From assembly GCA_951406725.2 (NCBI GenBank), contig OX597820.1, forward strand, positions 12,090,001 through 12,154,000: a stretch of 64,000 nucleotides of DNA. Direction: 5' to 3'. This DNA comes from Octopus vulgaris. Lineage: Eukaryota. The position numbers were made by a program, and so were the translations under genes. Below the pieces are notes generated by a model. That model made no database searches. It had not been told where the DNA came from and saw nothing but the letters and a program-made list of their open reading frames with translations. Shown piece by piece: positions 53,531 through 64,000 of the stretch; the stretch's first letter is position 1; each line of letters opens with the position of its first letter.

Positions 53531-54213
53531 ATTACTAATTAGTGGTATTGTTTGATTGAATTTATTTTCCTAAAGTATCTACAAAAATAAGTTTTTCACA
53601 TCTCTCCATTTATACTCTTCTTTTTTTTTTCTTTTACTTAACTTTACTCTACTCAACACCTATATCTTTCTCATTCCATTATAAACACGGAAACTGAAAG
53701 AGAAAACTAACGGGTGTCAAGAAGTAACTGTATGCTCTGCATACATATTAGCCTTTGAGTATAATACCTATATGAGGCTACAGTTGTACATTTTCATGTA
53801 CTCTGCACATGTTTTACCTGCTCATCAAACAATGCTTGCAATTAGATATGTAGTAGCCCCACCTCTTTTAAATGTATACTTCTACGACAGACATGTAGCA
53901 TTAGCAATAGACAATCCCGCCCCTTCATCTGTGTGACTGTATCTGTGTGTGTGTGTATGTGTGTGTGTGCATACGTACATATGCATATATATATATATAT
54001 ATATGTATGTATGGCTGTCTGTATATATATATGTGTATATACATTGCATTTTGCACATGCTATAGTGCATAACTTTATTTCATCCTACTAAATCATATAT
54101 AATTTAATTTATTCTATCATACTACAATACAATATGATACACTATAGTATACTATATACAATCTATCTATAGTATCGACACACGCACATAAATGTATATA
54201 TGTATTATGTATG

Positions 54214-54249
<36 letters not shown>

Positions 54250-54666
54250 AGTGGATTTACAAAGAGAGAAAAATGTACTCAATACAAGTAACAGAGTATA
54301 TTAGTATATCTGAAGCTGAGGATATTCCGACTTTCCAGTTTCCGTTTATTAGTACGTATGTGCGTGTATATGTATGCATGCATGTAATGTATGAGTGTGT
54401 TTCTCTGTGTGCGCGTGTGTGTGTGTGTCTGTGTGTGTATGTGTGTCTGTGTGTGTCTGTGTGTGTGCGTGTTTATGTATCTAGGAATATATATTTACAT
54501 GCAGTTATATTTACACATCGGGTAGAGAATATTTCTGCTTGCAACGTATGCACGATGACAATGCGCCGTGAAAGTTACGTCTGAAACTACAAAGAAAACT
54601 ATGTAGTATTTTGTGCCTTTGTCTCATGTTCACTTTGAACAATACCAGATACAGTAGCAGTAACAG

Positions 54667-54667
<1 letters not shown>

Positions 54668-54697
<30 letters not shown>

Positions 54698-54738
54698 TTC
54701 TTCTTCTTCTTCTTCTTCTTCTTCTTCTTCTTCTTCAT
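54668..54738. repeat. (CTT)n microsatellite
   Basis: Direct reading. Confidence 0.95.
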
Positions 54739-55162
54739 CAAGCTATTACCTAGATCTTTCTACCCTCAACCCCATCAACTTTAGCTTTAGTTGTACCGGT
54801 CCCCATCAGTATTTTCACCCTTCATCACACTATCAAATCCTTACCAGTAGGAGTTACACCTGTTCCTATCAGCATTAATTAATACCAATATTATCAACAA
54901 AAAGAAAACAAATCACACAAAAAAACTTCAACTATATGATTAATAACTGGAAAAACTTCGTTAATCTTGTTTAACGTATCCTTTCAAATAGTTACTTTTT
55001 TTCAGTGTTCACCAAGCTTAACGGTATCGACATAGCATTGCTCCTATCAACATATTTCACTTCTCTCATCATCTTTAGCTTGTATTTTTCTATATCCAAT
55101 ATTTTTCAGTTTATGAAATTAGAATTTTTTAAAATTTTGATTGTATTATTTTTGTTCTTTGG

Positions 55163-55170
55163 ATATTATT

Positions 55171-55226
<56 letters not shown>

Positions 55227-55311
55227 CATTATTATTATTATTATTATCATCATTATTATTATTATTATTTTTATTATTATGATTATTATTATTATTATTA
55301 TCATTATGATT

Positions 55312-55342
<31 letters not shown>

Positions 55343-55352
55343 TTATTATTAA
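55163..55352. repeat. (TTA)n microsatellite
   Basis: Direct reading. Confidence 0.95.
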
Positions 55353-56155
55353 TATATCTGTCTATTTTATTTGTTACTTTTGAAATCATTTTTATTTTGT
55401 ATTAATATCATTACATTTATTCAATAGTTACACTCATTACACTGACTGAACTTGGGTTTTTTTAAAGTGAAGAGAAGTTACGAAGAATTTATCCAGTCGA
55501 CTGTTGAACAATCTTTCTTATATTTTTACATCATTAAATTTTCATTGTGATAAAAAAAAAAAATGGAGATGGAGAGTAAGGAAGGGAGGATTAGTGACCA
55601 GAAAAGGAGGTGAGAATGGGAAAACAAGAAAATAGCCGACGGTAAATAGTAAGTCAGTAAAAAAACAAAGACAGTGGTGGGTGGGGTCATGAATGAAATA
55701 AGCCCTATAGAAACTGATGATGAAACATTCAGTGCCTCCGCAAAAGATAAAAGCAACTATAATTAAAGGATATAATCGTTTGGTCAATTGGGGAAAATGA
55801 GATTACAAACTACAACAACGACAACACTGACGATGACAATGTATTGAAAACCAACTATATATTAGTACCTACATAAAAAAAAAACGAACAAACAAAAAGC
55901 CTGCGAAAAAGCATCTACTGGTCACTCGATTTACTAGGAGCATCAGTTTAATTTCCGTTATATCCCAGAGATTTTGCTTTCCTTTTAAAAATGAAAAAAA
56001 AAATGAGGGCGACATAGTCATGGCTGGAACGCCTTTCATGATAAATCTGCTTGATCAGAATTGATCTGGGATTACACAGCAGCAGCAGCAGCAACGACCG
56101 CAACAAGAAGGGTTCCAGTACAATAACAACCGGAAGACTACCAAACAACAATATA

Positions 56156-56189
<34 letters not shown>

Positions 56190-59100
56190 ATAGAAAGATA
56201 GATAGATATGTGTGTGTGGGTGAGTGTATGTATTCATGTATTTAAATAGAAAGTGAAACATCATCCATCTATCGTAATCATCAGAGTCGTCACCATCATC
56301 ATAGTCATCACTATCATTCTTCCTATCGTCGTCGTCGCCGTCGTAGTCATCATCATCATCGCCATAATCATCATCATCATCATTTAATCTACTTCCACAT
56401 CAATAACAGCCATAAGTCTAACGATCAAAAAATAATATTTCAACTGAGTGTGCCAAGAGAAATTACAATGAATTAGTATTAATCCCATTACCACAGAAGC
56501 ACCAACACAACAACGGCGACGACTACCACTACCACTACCACTTCGACCACCATTGCGATCAACGCCGCCACTTTCATTAATAATACTATTACCGAAACTG
56601 CCCAACGCCACATCTCGTTATCATCACTATCACAACTGGTAGTGCAACTACCAAAACTACTATAGAGCCCAGTACAATCAACGTTAATAATTAACATTAA
56701 AAACTAATTATACTACGGGCATATTTTATTTAGAAATATGAAATTAAAGTAGTTTTCTTCATAATTTGTATACTGAATTAAACATATTAAATCATCGTTA
56801 ACCACAATACTGGAGTATATCATAATCTGGAATATACCAATTTTTACACTTTAAAACAAAATTATTTTTCTCTGCAACTGTAATAATAGTTTTGCACTGT
56901 TTGGAAAACATTATTCTTCAAAGCCTGGAAAGGTTATTATGATCTGTTGCTGTTTGGGAAAAGTGTAGTTTTGAAACAGTTCGTAACAGATTCTCAGACA
57001 GTACCATTTTTCACAATTGGTGAATCTCTACGCCGTTTAGGAAACTACTATGCAAATTTATACAGCTTAACAAATGTATTCATTACTTTTCACAAGTGCT
57101 AAATGAACCACAGTTTGACAGAGTTAATGTAAGTCCTATTATTTTTCCATCTAATTTTGAAATCGGCAATGGTTTTATTATTCCCCTAAATATATAAATT
57201 GCAGACAGATAGTTAAAAAAAAAAAAAAGAGAAGAGAAGAAGAAAAAAGTATGAAAATTATTGCAAAATAAAATATAACTTTATTCGTGATTATAGAAAC
57301 AACTATATCGATAAAGACGTTTATTTTGTTCCTCCTCATCGAATTCAGAGAACCAAAATTAGGTTGTAGGCTGAAAATACAAACGCTGATTAAGAGCAGC
57401 GACAGCAAGAATATCAACAACGATTATAAAAAGCAATAATTATAGTCATGTCTATATAAAAATTATATCAATGTTAGATAAAATAAACTAACTGTAATAG
57501 AATAACCATTGCATGAGATAAAATGACGAAATGTCCTCCCCAGCATTTATTAACTTCGAAGGGTATAGTTTATAAATGTTAATGAAACAACAACAACGTA
57601 TATAATGCCAATAAAGAGATACTATTTGCATATATTACTACATACATAAAGTAAATACATAAGATATACATACAGCCAAGCTTCCGTATATGCATATACA
57701 CATACACACACAAGCGCACACACAGACACATATGCAAAAACACACACTTACACTACATTGGGTTTAATATACACGCAAGCATACATCCCCCCCACACACA
57801 TATAAACAACACTGGGTTTTATACATACACACACATGAATGTATGCACATGCATTTTAGATAATGCTAAATAAATTTCCGTACATCCAACGCTACTACAC
57901 TCTAGAATTTTTTGTATAGTCTTACAAATGTATGTTGTAATTAAAGTACGTTAGTAGAGTTTATCTTATTTGACATTTTGGGATACATGTCTTAAATTTA
58001 TCATTTAAGTACTAACAGTTTTTCTTTTGAATTAATAATAATAGCAACAAAACAACAATAATAATAAATAATAGCAACAAAAACAATAATAATAAGATGA
58101 ATAAGGTTTAGGATAAGAAATATTTTTATATCTATAGTAATTATTATTTGTTTATCATTAAGCTAGTTGTAATATATATATATTAAGTTTATTGAAAGAA
58201 GTTATTTATCCGAGCACCTCCTTCAGGGTCGGGATAGTGAGTTTCTGAAATGTATTACCAGAAATACATACAAGATTGTATACATGCACAAATACTTTCT
58301 TTGATAGATAGATGGATAGATACATAGACCGTAGAAAGATATATAGATAGACAGTCCATCTGCACAAACATAGAGACTAATATATACACACATACATACA
58401 CACGTTTACCACACACAATTACAAGCGGCTTCGTGTTAATTCTGTAAAATTTCTAGATTAAAGTTATAAAAGCAAGAGAACCGATTAACAAACAGGTATT
58501 CAAATTAATAAAGACAAGGCTACTCTACAGACATTCATACATTCTTACTGACAGTTAGGTAAAGATCTACACACACAGATATAAATTATGGAATAGATGA
58601 AAAGTTAGCTGTTTTCTTTCGTTAGAATAGGTAAATAATTATATACTCGCTCATACACACATACGAGCATACACACAAACAAAACCGCACACCTAGTCAC
58701 GCATACATACAGACACTCATATACCCACTTGCACAATATTTGCATGCGTGTATATATATGTATATGCACATACGTATATATGCACTTATACACATAAATT
58801 AAAACAAACACACAAGAAAAGGGCAAGAACACATACATACAGACGCACAAAAAATTACACCCACGCAGAAAAGACATAAGTATTCAAAATAAGATCAAAA
58901 ATATCATGCCCATTCAGTTAACCTCACCATGTTCAAGCATATTAAAAAATATATACACATTCCGCACACACACATGTACATATATAAATACATAGGAACA
59001 CTCATATATTTGTACATACTTATTATCATATATCCGTATACATTTATAAACGCATGCTCTGTATAACATATCACCTATGAAACATTAAAATAAGCCACAC

Positions 59101-59851
59101 ACTAACCACATTGCGACCTTTGTGTGGCTTCATCGATTTCATAACACCCAACATACATATTGAAAAAAACTTTGGTGATTCTCCTTATGAATGTGTGCGC
59201 GCATTCCGTGCGTGACGTGTGTGCGTGTAGAGCGTGTAAGGATTGTACGTAGGATTGTATGTATTTGTTTGCACGGTTGCGTATCCATTTGCGTATACAG
59301 TACGGGTCTATGCCGGGACGTCTGTGATATCTGTATGCACGAGCAACGAAAATGTGCGCGCGTGTGTATGCGACGGTGTTCTTACGCCAAGTCACTTAAA
59401 TTTGGAAATTTTACAAAGGAATCATTCCCAGGCTTTTCACCACCACCGGATCTTGGTTGATTAAAAAAAAGAAAAAAATTCTATTGAGCCGCAACTAGCG
59501 GCACCTTTGTGGATTACCTTTGATGTTTTTACCTTGAAGAGGGTGAAAAGCCTCTATGAAACGGGTTACCTTTATTTCAAGGACTACATTCGGATTCTAA
59601 TCCCGGTAAGATCATAATATTCTTATTGTTAATCGTGTATTCATATATTACATATATCCATTCATATATATATATTTGTTCACATACCACGCACAGACAC
59701 ATATAGATACATAGACACACACTTGTGTGTATCTAAATATATGCATATATATATATAATACACACACACACACATACACAAACAAAGATATATATATATG
59801 CATGCGTGTATGAACATGTGAAGTATATCTATCTCTCCTCTCTCTCTCTCT

Positions 59852-59919
<68 letters not shown>

Positions 59920-60058
59920 ATGAGTTATACTTGATTAAAGATTTAAAAAGCGACTATAGTTCATATACATATAGCTGCACACTTACACAAATACACGTAC
60001 ACATACATGGATAGTCACACATATACGTACATACGTATACATACTTACATACATACCC

Positions 60059-60134
<76 letters not shown>

Positions 60135-60364
60135 GTCTGTCTATGTCTGTCTATGTCTGTCTATCTATCTACAATATATATATATACATATACATGTTTG
60201 GATAAATATACACATATATGTGTTTGTGTATTCATATATAAACAACCACACACGCACACAAACATACACAGACAAGGTGCACACACGCATATATGCAGGT
60301 GAACATAACAAACAAGCACGTGCTTAAACATTTCTATTTCTCCGATATCGCTTTTCTTTTATTT

Positions 60365-60395
<31 letters not shown>

Positions 60396-60474
60396 TATGT
60401 GTGTATATATATACAAATATATATAGCAAAATGCATACGGGCCACCATACATATATTTATCGGGTTTTTGATGA

Positions 60475-60535
<61 letters not shown>

Positions 60536-60933
60536 ACACACACATACCTACATATTTATATTACGTACTATCATAATTTCACGCTCAGCGCGTTAGAATT
60601 TATTTCTGGATACTTGATATTTTTTCTTTTAGATGCCTATGATAATATTAATGCCATAATTTAAATAATATCCACTTTTAATGAATAAGCTGCTGCTGCT
60701 ACTACTCTTGCTACTGCTGCTTCTAATACTACTACTACAACTACTTTCATTACTGCTTCCACTAGTATTAATGATAGAGGAAAAACCAAAACGAAAACTG
60801 TCTGTGACCCACCACAACCGAATTTCCTACTCGATTCGCAGAACATACACACACCAAACAAATGACCATTCTCGTGTGCACAGGCTTGCATGCAGCCAAA
60901 CCCACGCTCATACATAGATGTATGTATATAAGT

Positions 60934-60967
<34 letters not shown>

Positions 60968-61669
60968 TCCAAGAAAAGATATACAGTAGATAGGAATCGG
61001 AAAGTGCGGATGAAGAACTAGGTGGAATAGCATGTAGGTGTGAAAGGAAAAGCGATAATAGGGAGATGAATTGGAAGTCTGTTAAAAAGAAATGAAAGAT
61101 TTGTAGATAAAGTAAAACAACAACAAAATAATAAGAAAAAAAAAAAGCAAGAAACAATTGTGATGGTGTGAAAGAGATAGAGACAAAGAGAAAAGAAATG
61201 AAAGAGAGTGAAAGAAAGAAAGAAAGAGGGAGACAGTGGGGGAAAAGTAAATGCTTGGTAAGTTGACAAGCATCGAATTAATTCGAGAGAACGTAGTTAC
61301 CTACTAAGGAGACCTAACGCTATCATTCCACTTTGTCCAAATAATTCTCTTCTCTTTTACCTTATGCCGCTGCCGCTGCTGTTGCTACATCGGCTGTTGC
61401 TGCTACAATTTTTTCTTCGACGTCGCAGCCACCTCCTCCTCTCGAACTTCTTCTTCTTCTTCTTCTTGTAATAATAATAATAATAATACCAATACTACTA
61501 CTTCTGATAATAATAATAATGATAATAATAATAATATTAATAATTTCTTTTATTCGTCACAGGGTCTTTTCTGATGAATGATAATAATATTCTTAGTAAA
61601 AAAACCAAAAGAGAAAAAAAATATAACCGAAGCAGTTGATGCTGCGCCAACAGTTATTGTTGCATCGTT

Positions 61670-61685
61670 CACATCATTATCATCG

Positions 61686-61719
<34 letters not shown>

Positions 61720-62190
61720 TGTCGTGGCCGTCATAATACTCATCATCATCACCACACCAAAACCACCACCGTCACCGCTACCACCACCGTCACCGCTACC
61801 ACCACCACTGCAACCACATCATCCGCCTCTTCGTCATCGTCGTCGTCGTCGTCGTCGGCGATAGAGTTGTAGTTGTCAGTCACCATTACCATTGTTAAAA
61901 AATATTATATATGGTAAATAAAAGGATTACGATCGTCACCACCAGCACCATCATCATCACCATCATCAACACCATCATCATCATCATCATCATCATCGTC
62001 GTCGTCGTCGTCGTCGTCGTAGTCGTCGTCGTCGTCGTCATCATCATCATCATCATCGTCGTCGTCATTGTCATCATCATCATCATCATCGTCGTCGTCA
62101 TCGTCATCATCATCATCATCATCGTCGTCGTCGTCGTCGTCGTCGTCATCATCATCATCATCATCGTCATCATCATCATCATCATCGTCA
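61670..62190. repeat. (CAT/CGT/CAC)n compound repeats
   Basis: Direct reading. Confidence 0.9.
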
Positions 62191-62656
62191 AAATCAGATC
62201 GTTATTGTCATCGCCACCACCGTTGTCATCGTTCTCATCATGATAATCATCGACCACATCACAATCTTTTTCTCTGCGGTGTATTCGTGATTGTTTATGC
62301 ATTCAGATTATGTTATTTTTACTTTCTATTCCTTGAATTCCTACCTAGTTCTGTGGAATGGGCAATTTAACGAACATGGGAAATCAGTAGCGTGGGTACA
62401 ATAGAAAGTAGTGTGAAGGTACAAGCAGGGGCACCAATTGGCACACACTCTCGCTCGAACTCAAACACACACGCACACACAACGCGCATACATACTTACA
62501 TATACACACGCATTGAGGAACAGAAATGTTGTGCCCACAAGAGCACACACACACTCCCGTATACATTCAAGGGCCCACAAAAGCACACACGTACACACAC
62601 GCATAGATGCAAATATACACACGAGCATATATGTGTCCACGTTAGCAAGAATAACC

Positions 62657-62870
62657 TATTTCTTTATTTCCAACAAGGGGCTAAACACAGAGGGGACTAA
62701 CAAGGACAGACATAGGCATTAAGTCGATTACAGCGACTCCAGTGCGTAACTGGTACTTAATTTATCGACCCCGAAAGGATGAAAAGCAAAGTCGACCTCG
62801 GCGGAATTTGAACTCACAACGTAACGCAGACGAAATACCGCTAAGCATTTCGCCCTAACCGCTAACGTAT
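62657..62870 (-). mobile_element. SINE family B, 5'-truncated
   Basis: Matches 53010-53242. Confidence 0.85.
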
Positions 62871-62945
62871 ATACGTGTTGGCAGTTATATATCCATTTAG
62901 AGTTTATATATATGTATGTGTGTTTGTGCGTGTGTGTGTGTGTGA

Positions 62946-62988
<43 letters not shown>

Positions 62989-64000
62989 TGAATGTGTGTG
63001 TGTGTGCATGTTAGTGAAATTTTCCGGTTAGATTTTTTCTCCATTAGATAAAGTTATTACACATCCAGAATTATATGGAGGCAACCAAATCATATTATGT
63101 TACACGCCAGCAGCCTCCACAGAAAACTTTCAATACATACACATATACACACAGGCATGCATGCATACACACACACACACACACGCGAATATTTAGATAT
63201 AAACATTCATGCACATTTGACTGCATTAATGTGTTCTGTGTGTGTATTTGTATGTGTGTGTGCTTGGATGTGTGTGTATGCAGGTTATGTTTATGTTTCC
63301 GTGTTTCCGTGTATTTAATTTTATACAGGATTGTGATAACTTACACGATACTGCCTATGTGTTCGGATTAAAATTTAATCCGGGCAAAATATTATTTATG
63401 AATCTTTCGACATTTAGAGGTTTTAATGTATGCTTACTCGCTTGCTTGAGTGTGTTAAATATGCGCCCGTTATATTTACAGATACATGTAAATATTAATG
63501 TAATATGTATTGCATACGCTGCTACGGAATTTAAAAACCATGTATATACATGCAATGAACTCTCACTACCCCTCTTTCACTCTGTATGCACACACACACA
63601 TGTATATGTGTATGCGTGTGTGTATATATTTACATTCATACACATACAAGAGAAACAGAGTTAGGGAGGGAGTAAAAAATAATGGTAAGTTGTAAATAAA
63701 ATAAATAAGCTTGCTGATGAGAAAATCAATAGAAAATTGAATGAAAGCATTTGAGTATGTAAACGTACATTAAAATACGAAATAGCTTGACTAACGTTTA
63801 CACATATACAGCCATATATAAACATACACACTCACACTCACACACACATGCATTTGCACACACATACATTCACGCGTGGATACACGCACACATCCACTCA
63901 CTGCAAAACGCATACACCATTAACTTTAAAAAAAAACCCAACATCCAAATATATTGGCTTTAATAATGAGTTATACGTCTCATTTATGACTAGGTGGAAG

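Noticed and set aside
59529-59608. ttacc-TTGAAGA...GAAAC...ggtaa hammerhead-like pattern
   Set aside because: Core mutated and no UH cleavage triplet; too degenerate.

Overview
This is AT-rich eukaryotic, almost entirely non-coding DNA saturated with microsatellites and tRNA-derived SINEs; the repeat families look like octopus/coleoid cephalopod repeats (an inference). No host protein-coding gene can be supported, and nearly all listed ORFs are microsatellite artefacts. The only long real ORF (32303-33851, minus) is the RT-thumb + GIY-YIG part of a 5'-truncated Penelope-like element (PLE) resembling the Hydra clade. It sits in (TA)n with ~835-bp inverted arms, and each arm carries a type I hammerhead ribozyme motif. 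At least five other short microsatellite-associated elements carry minimal or degenerate hammerhead motifs, with different palindromic stem III sequences. Other relics include R4/Dong-like and RTE LINEs, mariner, Tigger/pogo, a hAT MITE, a Helitron 3' end, and several palindromes/foldbacks. A ~37-bp quasi-palindromic motif (CTGTCGTCTGC...GCAGACGACAG) recurs four times in unique islands at 3.8-10.8 kb, near a possible promoter/first exon.
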